A DNA stretch of 64,000 nucleotides from Entomortierella parvispora E1425. Its lineage: Eukaryota; Fungi; Mortierellomycota. Both the position numbers and the translations under genes were made by a program. The notes under the pieces were generated by a model. The model saw only the letters and a list, made by a program, of their open reading frames with translations, was not told where the DNA came from and did not search any database. Within the stretch, counting starts at the first letter, position 1. The number at the start of each line of letters is the position of its first letter. Below, piece by piece: positions 52,801 to 64,000 of this stretch. The DNA lies in contig BQFW01000014.1 in the NCBI GenBank assembly GCA_020891255.1, positions 124,001 to 188,000 on the forward strand, in the 5' to 3' direction.

Positions 52801-53723
52801 GACATGGACTCTGAGGCTTGTGGGCAAGGGCCTGGCTCAGGTTTGCCTCGTGGGTTTGAAGAAATCGAAGACAGTAAGTTCTTTATTACTTCGCCTTTTT
52901 GATATGTTTGGTCCTTATTTCTGATGCTGATATTTTCATTCCGCCCATGTTTTCAGCTTTCCCATCGCCAGAACCGCGTATTGTCTCTCCTCCTTCGTCA
53001 ACATGCGAAGTCGTTCCCAATGTTGACCAGCCCGAGGATAAGAACTTGAGACCGGTTCAGGAAGACATGAGTCGCTTTCTCGATATGGCATGTCAGATTG
53101 AACCCGCGCTCTTTGACTGCCGTTCAACTCAGTACAAGGTCTTCAGGGTGGATGAATTCCGCTGGGAGGATGATGCCTCGGCTCTTCTTTCAAAGTGTTT
53201 GCCTGAGTTGAGCGAAAGCCTTGAAGACGAGTTCACGGAGTCACTGAACTTCACAGATTTGAGCTTCTTTGATGCCACCGAAGAACAACATGACGGCGGC
53301 GTGGACACTTTCGCCTTCCGTCAAGCAATTTGGTTTTATACCCTGCGACTTTTTGGCCTCCTGCACCAGGACTACAACTACCGCAACCTCTCTAGATTTA
53401 TGAACCCAACGCTGGCAGCCTACGTTCGTAAGGCATGTCATGGTATTTCCATGGTAGAAGCCCCGGCCCCTTTGGATGATGCGGAAGGCCAGCGACAACC
53501 CAGCCAGTTTTTCCTCTCTGACATGAACAAGGTTGACAAGAATGACTTTGATAACATGGGCTTTGAGCTTCGACCTGAGGAACGATGCCACGTCAATATC
53601 ATTGTCATGGAGGCATGTAAGCAGGCCAAGCTTATGTATGCTCTGCGGGCTGTTGATCGTTGGGAACGCAAAGCGGAAGGCGGCGCCGAGGATGAAGACG
53701 AGGGTGCAGAGGAGCGATTCTAA
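49875..53723 (+). CDS. SESN: Sestrin (PA26 family), multi-exon
   Basis: GPGPIPKPWRCYVAIM-AASQYNCQY, NGLMAHQPWL, ELAQVMVIMSTIHS, FRQAIWFY, ERCHVNIIVMEACKQAKLMYALRA. Confidence 0.88.
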
Positions 53724-54338
53724 ACAACACAAGGCTCTAAAAGTGTTTGTTCAGAAGATGTCCTCTTCAGTTTTCCAGCCAGCAACCCATTGCACAGCAC
53801 TGCATGTCATTTTATTTTGTGCTACGCACAGCACTTTTCTTCTCTGTTTCCAGCAGCTCACTTACCCAAAATAGGAGACCCAACCTTGTTGTTGGGCGAC
53901 CTGACCCCATGCATGGCCCAACCCATCAGATACCCTTTTTTTTCACTCGCCTACCATACCCAGCCGACGCAAAAGAAAATAAACAGCAGTATAAAAGAAT
54001 CCGAGGTCTAGATCATGATTGCTACCGAGGTGGCGTAGGTAAAAAAAAGGGGAGGACATGGGCGAATCCCCCAGCCCATGTTGCATGCTTGTGGCGGTGC
54101 AATTCCTCTTCGTCAGGCTCACAAAGCATCATCACAACACCGCAAATAGGTTGAGTGGTGCGCTGGACACACGCCCAGGCTTGCACCCTCTTTTTTTTTT
54201 TTTTTTTTCTTTTTCAATCATTCATCATTCCGCTTTCCTCCCATGGGCAAATGAAAATCTCGACCACCCCATTCCATTCGTCCACCTGCACGTTCGTAAC
54301 CCCTTGAAGCCATTTTTATATTTCTATCCTCTCAAACC

Positions 54339-57087
54339 ATGGGCAAATTCTCGAGACCCAAACGTCCAACGGTGTGTGGTGTGCCTCTCACAAACGAGCT
54401 TCTGCTGCGTGTCATCCTTCTTGCAGTCACGATCGGAGCTTTGGCTGCGGCAACAATACCCAAGGTGAAATCGATCCTGCAGCAGAGCAAAGTTGTATCC
54501 GTGACCATGACGGACGATACCACTATCCCGGTCCCAGGCACCTTGGTCTGTGGAGAGCTCCTTGACCATGTCCAGGTTCAGATGGTAAACCGTGGGCGAC
54601 TTCTTGCCAATGGGTCATGGACACCCGATACAGTGCGGGATGTACCTACCAGTAAGTTTCCAGTTCCCTTTCCCATTTTTCTTTTTTCATGTGTGTTTGT
54701 TTTTGTTTTCTCATTCTTTTTTCGCCCTGAATAATTTTCTTCTTGTACTCGTCGGAAGAGACCAAAGCATGCTAGAGTTGAGTCTGTATTCTTGTACTTT
54801 TGGTTTGGGTACAAGAAGAGCAGATGATGAAAGAGGGAGTCTTCACAACAAAAGAAAACTTACGCGTTCTTTCCCACAACGACTGCTAGGTATGTACTCT
54901 GTCAAGCCAGCCAACACTTTAAATCTGCGAGCGAACGGAGATTGGCCGACCCTGGGCAATTGTGTTATCCTAGAGCCTCAAGGAATCTGGTATTCTAACA
55001 ACCCCCTCGGAGAAGTGGGCGATGTAAGACCATCACCGTCGGTGATTGCGGCTGGCACTAACGTATATTGAAATGACTTGTGGTTTCAACGCGACAAAAC
55101 TGAGCACAGCCCATTGTCTCCTCCACACCAATAGGCCTGCATCGACTCCATCGTTATTGTGGCCCTGAGCAAAGCGAACTTTACAGCTCAAAACGACATT
55201 GGACTTTCCATCGCTATCTGGGTAAAGAACAACGTTCACTTTTTCTTCTTGCGGTACCGTGCATCATGCTGAATACGAGTCCCACCCCTTTTTGACTATT
55301 AATAGGATGGAAACGTGTACATGGGGGACCAACAACCGATTTGGACCGGTATCCGTAAGTCAAGCCCAAGCACCAACTAAGCCTGATCTTGCATGCATCT
55401 CCTCTTGCATCTAACTCTCCACCGCGTGTGCATCGCCAACGTTCAATCTAGCCTCAATCAATACCCTGACGTTTGTCTACAGTGAGCTCATCCCTCTGGG
55501 CGCACAGGCTCCACAAACACATTTCACCATGCAAAAGGTTCGGTCCTCCAAACCGCTGTCAGTATCCTTTTCTTTCTCATCCTTCAGGCTCAGCTCACAT
55601 GTTGTCATCTTCTTGACTCTTCTTGTAGCAAAACCTCCGCTTCATGAGTGCTGGATTCTTTGCAAACCAAACAGTGATTGGCAGGGTTGTATTATCCCCG
55701 GATACATTCTTTGTTACGCGTTATTTCGACAAGCCAAGCTACACTTGGGTCGATCTCGCTGGAGCTATTGGAGGGTAACATCTATTTATTTATTTATTTT
55801 TAAAAAAAAAAAGTCATCCTCTAACCTTTTGCCATACACCATTCTAGAATGGCCTCCATTGCCCTCGCTATTTGGATTTTCTTGTTTGGAAGCGGAAAAT
55901 ACAAGAGTTGGGGTGTTGTTCAACGCTACGTCCTCCAGACTTCGCCCAACTCAAGACGTTTCCGTGGATCAAATAACGATGAGGCAAAGCCAAAGAACCC
56001 ATTTGAAGCCGCCAAGATGTTCGTACGGAGTCAAATACAGCGTTTGGATACCAGTGCAGAGCACGACGTGGACAATGTTCCTCTCCAGTCGTCAACTGAG
56101 GAGCACCGACGCGTCCTTTCAGCCCGGTACAGCAAGGCATTTGATATGGAAGTAGCAGCAGCAGTCGCATCAGGGGCTACCATGACGCGAAACGGAAACG
56201 GTGGCGCTCGGGAACGAGGTGTTTCGCCCATGGACGGAAACAACAACGACGATGTGGATCATAGGATATCCCAGTATTCGCTCGATGCAAATGCTCCGCC
56301 CAACTTTTACTTTTCGGATCAAGGAGCACCCCTGTCAAGGTCATTGCAACCTCTGAGACCAATTGGTAGCTCTGCAGATGACGCGGAGGAGCAAGTGGAT
56401 GAATTGATCCGACTAATTGATCTGAGGATGGATGAACGTATGTGGAGTTTGGAAAAGACGCTGTCTCGCTATTACTTGGACGGATTCCGATTGAGAAACT
56501 ACTCAAGTCCGCGCTCTTTCCGTTTTTCTGACACCAAAGAGCAAGGTCAAGGCAATTATCTGGACTACGGATCAGGCAATGAGCAATTTGGCCAATACCC
56601 TCCATCCCACGCTGAGCTGTTGCAGGATGGTGCAGACAATCGTGCAGGTGCTGGAGAACAACAAGTTGGTCAGCCACTGTCTCCTACTTCTTTTCCAACT
56701 GCCCCTCAATACCCTCCTCGTCCTCAAGTCCGGGACCAGTTCGACTATGTGATAGCTGTTCACGAGCATGCGCCACCACCCTCAATAGGAATTTCGCCCG
56801 TTCAGGACGACGACTCCAAGTCAGACTTTACCTCTCCTTCAGTTTCTTCTACGTCGGCGACTCCATTCCTGAACCCTGGATTCCCGGAACGTAAAGATAT
56901 GAGAGGCACCATCCGCCGGGCCGTGGAAAGACTACAGCAGGAGTGGCCACAAACCCATTCGAGCTATCCTATCGCGACGAGCGCCTATGTGCCGAGAACA
57001 CAATATGGCACGCAATACCAGCAACAACAACAAAATCAAGGTCATCCACACCCCAGTCAGGGCCAGAATACGGGAAACTACTACTAG
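54339..57087 (+). CDS. Two-TM membrane protein with a large ectodomain, DEG/ENaC/PAC-like motifs, 7 exons
   Basis: Spliced model: TM1, then VVSVTMTDDTTIPVPGTLVCG, about 215-aa loop, VVLSPDTFFVTRYFDKPSYTWVDLAGAIGG-MASIALAIWIFLFG (TM2), long disordered tail. The gene is well supported; the family call is tentative. Confidence 0.7.
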
Positions 57088-57210
57088 GAACCAAAGAACC
57101 GCTTTCCCAGGGTGCAATAAACGCGCTTTCGCCCGTTCCTACTCTCCTTCGCCGCATTTTTTTTTCGTTTTTTTTCGCGATTCAATTAAGGGTGTATGAC
57201 CTTCATTGAT

Positions 57211-57236
57211 CACGTGAGCAGGATGTTAGTCACGTG
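57211..57236. promoter_or_regulatory. Two TCACGTGA E-boxes upstream of tRNA-Tyr
   Basis: CACGTG at 57211-57216 and 57231-57236. Confidence 0.55.
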
Positions 57237-57297
57237 AATGTCTCGGAATCCTCTGGTTTCTGAAGGTCCGGGAGTTCCCGGTTAACATCAACAACAT

Positions 57298-57380
57298 CCG
57301 AAAATAGCTCAGTTGGTAGAGCGGGAGACTGTAGTTTGTCTGTCATCTCTAGGTCCCTGGTTCAAATCCGGGTTTTCGGA
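57298..57380 (+). tRNA. tRNA-Tyr(GTA) with a roughly 10-nt intron
   Basis: CCGAAAA TA GCTCAGTTGGTAGAGC G GGAGA CTGTAG[intron]A TCTCT AGGTC CCTGGTTCAAATCCGGG TTTTCGG A; C1:G72 and A73 are typical of eukaryotic Tyr. Confidence 0.95.
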
Positions 57381-57827
57381 TTCATTTTGCCATTCTCGAG
57401 AATGGTCCTATTTTTTGCAGCTTTTGGGTTGAGCGGAGCGAGTGATCTATCCACAGACCAGGGGAGGTTCTTTTCTTTTTGGGTCGCCTGTCTGTCGACC
57501 CTGCTATTTTCTAACCGTCGACCGTTGACAGCCGACCCTCTCCAGACCACCAGTTTCTCATCTTTTTTTTTTTTTTTTTTTTTTTTTTTTCAGATGCAAA
57601 AAATCGCAAATGTCAAGTCCAAGGCGCTACAGGAGAACGACGGAGGGAGGGGAAGAGTCGGCTCTGATTATGAAAACTCATCAATGATACACTAATAGGA
57701 AGCGTCGGCAAATAGGATACAAAATGGCAAGGTCGACAGTCCACCGCTGGTCGAAGGATGGATCTCTGGTCAGTATCAACGCGTGTCAACAATTATTAAT
57801 ACTTTTTTTTATTTTTTATTTTTATTT

Positions 57828-60695
57828 TTATGCTGGACGGTAAGGGTATCTGTCCTGGCTGCTCTTCTGGTGAACCTCTTGGAGACTCTGCAGATCGACG
57901 TCCAGGTCAATGGGGACATCCAATGCATAGGGGTCACAACCAATGGGTTCAAGTGCGCCGTGACCTCCAAACGCGTCGCGACGACGATGATGGTGAGGAT
58001 GGATTTGGCCAAGGCCAAAATCTTCATGTCTGTCCACTTCGGCCAACTCCTCGTCGTTTCCATAGATAGGATTGGCATACTCCTCCTCGCCCTCCTCTTC
58101 CTGGACGCTATCCAGTACCAGTCCCTGTTGATAACCGATAGTAGCTCCTTGCATACTCATCGAATGATGAGGGTGAAAAGTCTCATCGTAATCATAGCCC
58201 TCATTAACAGCATCATCGTATCCGCCTCCATCTTCAAAGTACTCTTCCTCCCAGGGCTGGATGAGAGGTCTCATCGGTGCAGGAGGCATGGTAGACAAGT
58301 ACTCGATGTCCTTTTGAGAGAGCACGCGAGGGGGCTCGCCATCTTCTTCATCTGGGTGGATCACGATGGTAGGGATCTGGAATTTTTTCTTCTTGGAGAA
58401 CAGGCCTGAAGTCTGGCCCAGGTAAGACTGCGAAAAGGACGACGGGGCTGTTGAGGATACGGGGGGCGAGTCAGCTCCGTAGCGGTGAGAAGAAGGAGAC
58501 GAAACGGCAGCGGCGGCGCGGTTTCGCCAATACTGGAAAGGGATTGAGGCAAGGCTCGGTTTGGATTTTGTGAATGCAGATATAGGTCTCGGGATTGCTG
58601 AGGTAGGTGTTATGGTGACAGAAGGTGTGGCATGGGACAATATGTGTGCGGGTGGCGACAGGACTGGAAACGGTTCATTAGATGAAGATGCTGGGGCAGA
58701 AATTATGGGTTTGGTTGTCGATGAAGGTACTGGATGAAATACATATGTTGGTGCCGATGGCGTGCTGGATGTAGAAGGATGGGGTGTGGGTTCGTCGAGC
58801 TGGGGCAAAGATGATGAAGACAGGATTGAGGACAGTGAATGTGACGACTCTGAGGAGTTTGGTTGCATCCCTGGCGAGGAGTCGTGAGGGGCGTCGGAAG
58901 CACTACTATCAGTATCAATAACTGGCTCGGGCAAACATCGATCTTCAGTGCTCTGGTCATCTTGAAGATGAGACGAATTTCGCTGATCCTTGTCCTTTGA
59001 AGTCACATTGAGTGGTGTAACAGAGACCATGGCGAGACCTGCAACCACACCTTCCTGAGAAAGACTTCCAGAGTCGCTCCCTAACGAAGTCGTAGTGCTG
59101 GATGAGATTGACGACAGTTCCGAAGACGAAGAATCTGAGGACAGAGTCAATGATGCTTTGGTAGCAGTAGCTCTGATTCTGGCCGGGTTTGGAGTGTCAT
59201 TGTCTTCTGGAAGCTGGTTAAAGATCGACTCCGTCGTTGCCGGCAAAACCGACGACGTTGCCGATGTTTGGGTGGTTGATGGCTCTGGAGCCGAGATTGG
59301 AGCCGAGGCGGCAGAGGACGATCCTGGCATACACTTTGAGATCGACTCAAACTGATACTGCCCGCCTACCGTCTGTGTTTGTTTAAAGATCATATCGGAG
59401 AGCGATTCTCCAGAGGACGCAAAGTTGAGAACATAGGCTTCATTCATATTTCCCTTGCCGCTGCCTGCAGTGCTTGGGAGTGATCTGTCGCTTCCTGCTT
59501 GAGCGTAGTTGTGGTTGGTAATGAACACAGTTGTTGATTCTGGAGTCTTTTTTAAAAGCTGAAGAGGGTCCTGGGAAGATGTTCCTGAAGGTAATGGGTC
59601 TGTGAGGACGTTCTTAAAAGTCACCACGACCTGCGATATCCGTGGGTCACTGGGAATGTAGACTGCATTGCTCTCAGAACTCGCTCTCCTCTCAGCCATC
59701 TCGTACGATCTGGTGGGCATCTTTATAACCTTGCTGTCCGTTGAGAACCGGGTTGGAACTGACTTCTTTCCTTGGTGCGTGTAGGGGTAGTTGGCTGTGA
59801 CCGCACCGTCTCCTCCTCCCGAGATTACTGAAGAACGCATGGATGAGTGGGTTGCGCCTGTTGCTGCCGGTCCACCCATCGGGGAGATCACCGACTGCCT
59901 GAAATTCAAGAGGTGCTGCCTGTGTCCGCCATTGCTATGGCTCACGCCGTCCAAGCTCACGCGATATTGTTGCCAGTGCTGGCTGCGAGTCGATTCGATC
60001 GAGTGTGGTCGTTGCTGCTGCTGTGGCTGCTGCTGCTGTTGTTGCTTTGGGTCCTGGATTTCAAAGCCCAAAGTCGGGTCCTGGGCCACAAGTCTCAATG
60101 ACACCAAACAGACAAGGGCCAAGCACCACAGACTCCACTGGAGGCCATAGAGGACCGGCAACACAATTCTCAGCGGATCAGACTTGCTCTCGGCCACGCG
60201 TTTACCAATGACAACAGCTGTCAAATCGATCTGAGTTGTCCGTGGCAGCGCGATCAAACCGCAAATCATCAAGATGTGAGCGAGCGCAAGAATCTCCCAA
60301 ACTCCAACCAAGGTCGCGTACTAGTTTGATTATCAGGCGGATATAACGCCGTCAATTTCGTTCCTACAAAGCGCAGTGCCTCATCGAGAGAACAAATAAC
60401 TTACAATATATAAGCTGCCGATATGTTGCTTATGGGCGGCGATGATCCCAACCACTACAAACGCCAAGCCTACGCCAGTGACGATGGCCCCGATCCACGC
60501 ATCAGTGTCCGCCAATGTTGATGTCAGAACGAGAAGAAGTGCCTGTGGTTGATTGAAAAATGGAAGAACGGCTCTTTTTTAGGATACACACTCTCTCTTT
60601 TGGACAAAACATAACTGTGTCCAAGGCTTAGTTGATCGACTTACGGCCTGGAACCAAAGAGCGACTTTTAGGATAACGGACGTTTGCATTGTCAT
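57828..60695 (-). CDS. Hypothetical protein: N-terminal four-helix membrane domain plus about 700-aa Ser-rich/acidic tail, 3 exons
   Basis: Spliced MTMQTSVILKVALWFQA-ALLLVLTS...IGAIVTGVGLAFVVVGIIAAHK...YI-YATLVGVWEILAL..., joining the 827-aa ORF. Confidence 0.7.
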
Positions 60696-62246
60696 GAAGG
60701 CCCGACGGAAGAAGCGTCGGTCCCGTGTTCAAAGGCGAACGGGGCGTTATTTGTTGAAGTCAGGATGAGTGCCGCTTGTCCGGCTGACAGAGTCAAGGGA
60801 AGGGTGTGTCAAAGAGTCGAAGATGAGTTATTGAGATGGTATGAGGTTGGACGAGTGCAGGTAGTGCAGGTATGGCGGACTTTTGACAGAAGAGTGATGG
60901 GCAGGCCTCCGTCCACGATCCAGTCATGAATGGGCTAGTCGTGTATGTGGGCAACGATGTAGGTACTTCAGTATGCTGGGAGATGATTGATGACAAAAAT
61001 GAGGAACCAAGGACGACCGTGCATGGAGAGGGTGCAAAAGTAAAACGAGAGGAGAGAAGAGAAAGAGAAAGAAGTCAAGAAGCGAATGGAGGAGGGTCGA
61101 GGCGGGTAAAGATGAAGGACAGGCCGGCCGGCCAGGTGTATTATGAAACGACTGATGACTGAGCCAAGGTCCATCGATGGCCCATATCACATCGCCTTTG
61201 ATTTCAGTCGTTCATCTCTTTCCTTTGGCTCTCTTCTGGTCAGTTGATCGCCACTTGAGGTCATGATGCTCCGATGTCTTTGTCACTATACACCCTCTCG
61301 ATACTCAATGCTCGACACTTGCACTCAAGCTCAATCCTGTCAGGCGAGCTAGTTACCAGTGCTCCCAGGATCGATTGGCATTCCCATCCAAAGTGCCGTC
61401 TTGAAGTCGTTTTTTATTCGGCCTTTTTCTACAGTCGGGGTCCTGTCAAAAGGTCGAGGCCGGACGAATTGAATGACTCCGTTCTTTTTCCTCGCTCTAC
61501 TCCTTTTTTTTCCTTCGCTTCTCTTGCGACTCCTTTCTTATCTCATAGCAAAAAAACCTCCTTGGCCACCAGGCGATAAATATATAAACGATGTTTTTTT
61601 TTTGTTTTGGAAACGAGGGGCTGGTCTCCTCAAAGGAAAGAAAGGGCGGAAGGAAACAGAGCAAGATAGAATATGGGCGCGCTCTGGGCGTTGAATCGAT
61701 TTGCAGGTCGTGGCTGTGCCGAGAAGGGTTTCTACTACACACACCTAAGCTCCTAGGGGATCGACAGACGTGTCGAAGTTGGCCGTTGCACAAGGATGCC
61801 ACGCTGGGATCTGCATGATACCGTCTCTCCCCTGCAGCTGCTTGTTCTTCTTTGTGCAAGCATGTGTGTGTTGTGTTTTCATGGGCGGTGGGGTCAGCCT
61901 GTCTGCAATCGGTTGCACACAATCGAAAGGTCTTGCAGCGGAGCAGAAGGACAATCGCGTCAGACGAATCCCCGCAGAGAAGGTTCTTGGAGATGAAATC
62001 ACGCACGAGAGGCGACAGAGAAAGGAAGCCTTTTTTCTTTTCTTCTTTTTGTTCTTTCCTGTCTGGCCCTCCATTGCATTCCCATCTTGCTCTTCTTTCT
62101 TCTCTCCATTCCGTCTTCCCATCCCCTTCACCCCCTCTCGGTATCCATCCCCCTAACAAAAACCTTGCGGAACTACAAACAGTCAAAAACAGGAGCCACC
62201 CACCGTAGATTCAACCCCCTCGTAACGGGCATTAGAAGCAGCCACC

Positions 62247-64000
62247 ATGGGCATCCAGATCTACGACTTCGTGTCGTTCTTCTTCACTATAATGCTCGAC
62301 ATCTTCTTTCGGGAGATTCGACCTAGAGGAGCACACAAGATCCCTCAAAAAGGTCCTGTCATCTTTGTCGCTGCACCTCATGCAAATCAGGTATTGAATC
62401 CTAATACATTTCATGGAGCAACGTAAACCCATTTTCGTTGTCTCGACCTGCTGACATGAGGACCAGTCTATAACATAAATGGGAGGGAGACCCATGCCAG
62501 AGGTATGAGCGTTGACAGAAATCCAGTTCTAATTGCGAATTCTGCTGATCGGTGTTGCTAGTTTGTTGATCCTCTCGTGTTGATGCGCGAATGTGGTCGG
62601 AGAGTCTCGTTTCTTGCGGCCAAGAAATCCATGGACCGTCGTTGGATTGGAGCTATGGCAAGGGCGATGAACGCCAGTAAGTGCCTCGTATACCCTTCAC
62701 CCTGTTCTTTTTTATCTTACTCATGGTATGTGCATGGAGGCCAATTCCTTTCTTGACGTTTATTTTCTTATCTAGTCCCGGTGGAGCGCCCTCAAGATCT
62801 GGCGAAATCAGGATCAGGAACTATCAAATTGCAGGATCGCAGAGGAGAGCCTCTTCGTATTACTGGACTCGGTACGAAGTTCACCAAGGAGCTCATGGTG
62901 GGGGATCAGATCTCACTCCCCAAGGATGTTGGAACATCAGCTGTGGCAGAGATCATTTCTGATACCGAATTGATCGTCAAGAAGGAGTTCAAGGAGCTCA
63001 AGGCTCTCGAGTTATTAACTTTGCCCGAAGGAACGAAATACAAGTGTATGCCACACATGGATCAGAGTAATGTCTACAAGACTGTCTTTGAGCGACTCAA
63101 TGCTGGACACTGCGTGGGTATTTTCCCTGAGGGAGGATCACACGATCGCGCAGAGATGTTGCCTCTAAAAGGTAAGCGTTATTAGGGGATAAAAGTAATT
63201 CTGAAGAAAGTAATTCTGAAAATGAGGTGAAGGACAGCCACTGATCTAAGGCCATTTTTTTATATTACAGCTGGAGTGACCATCATGGCACTTGGCGCAT
63301 TGGCCGCCAACCCATCTTTGGACCTCAAAATTGTCACCTGTGGACTCAACTACTTCCACCCTCATCGTTTCCGTTCACGCGCTGTGGTTGAATTTGGCGA
63401 GCCATTGACTGTCCCGCCAGAACTTGTGGAAATGTACAAGAAAGGCGGTGCGGAGAAGCGTGAGGCCTGCGGAAAATTGTTGGACACTATCTATGAGGCC
63501 CTTCGAGGCGTGACCCTGAACGCTCCTGATTACGAAACGTTGATGGTGATCCAGGCCGCTCGACGACTTTATAAGCCTACACATCGCAAACTTCAAATCT
63601 CTCAGGTTGTGGAACTGAACCGCCGATTTGTCGCTGGATACATGCACTTCAAAGACAACCCAAAAGTGATCGAAGCCAAGGACAAAGTCATGCATTACAA
63701 CACTCAACTTCGGTACCATGGACTTCGGGACCATCAAGTCAACATCAAGACAACGAGAAGACATGCAATCGGAATGCTTCTCTCTCGCGTGATCCAAATG
63801 ATCTTTTTGAGTTGTTTGGCCCTTCCTGGAACTTTGATGAACCTTCCTGTTGCTATTGTCGCTCGCGTGATCAGTAACAGAAAGGCAAAGGAGGCACTGG
63901 CAGCATCGACGGTCAAGATTGCAGGTCGTGATGTTTTGGCGACATGGAAACTGTTGGTTGCCCTCGGTTTGATGCCGGTCCTTTATTTCTCGTATTCAGT
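62247..64000 (+). CDS. SCT1: Glycerol-3-phosphate O-acyltransferase (Sct1/Gpt2 type), 3' end beyond the window
   Basis: PHANQ-FVDP (HxxxxD), GIFPEGGSHDR, CGLNYFHPHRFRSRAVVEFG motifs. Confidence 0.93.

Overview
Eukaryotic (fungal) genomic DNA: about 50% GC, short GT-AG introns, long homopolymer runs. Gene content and style suggest an early-diverging fungus, most likely Mortierellaceae (inference). It holds about 20 protein-coding genes. Most are housekeeping: Rad21, a START protein, Tvp38, a divergent eIF3c, a Rad5/HLTF helicase, a PH protein, Sec2, MPP-alpha, Ski8/WDR61, D-2-hydroxyglutarate dehydrogenase, calmodulin, a Rab, sestrin and GPAT. There are five tRNA genes and two adjacent transposase-derived genes (MULE-SWIM and hAT-BED). 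No CRISPR array or rRNA was seen. The main observations are: (1) a CACGTG E-box lies 60-65 nt upstream of all five tRNA genes; (2) a candidate structured ncRNA at about 7927-8155 has the same E-box spacing; (3) a spliced two-TM protein carries DEG/ENaC/PAC-like channel motifs; (4) two identical tRNA-Val genes form an inverted duplication around one central E-box. All gene models were built by eye, so exon boundaries are approximate unless stated.
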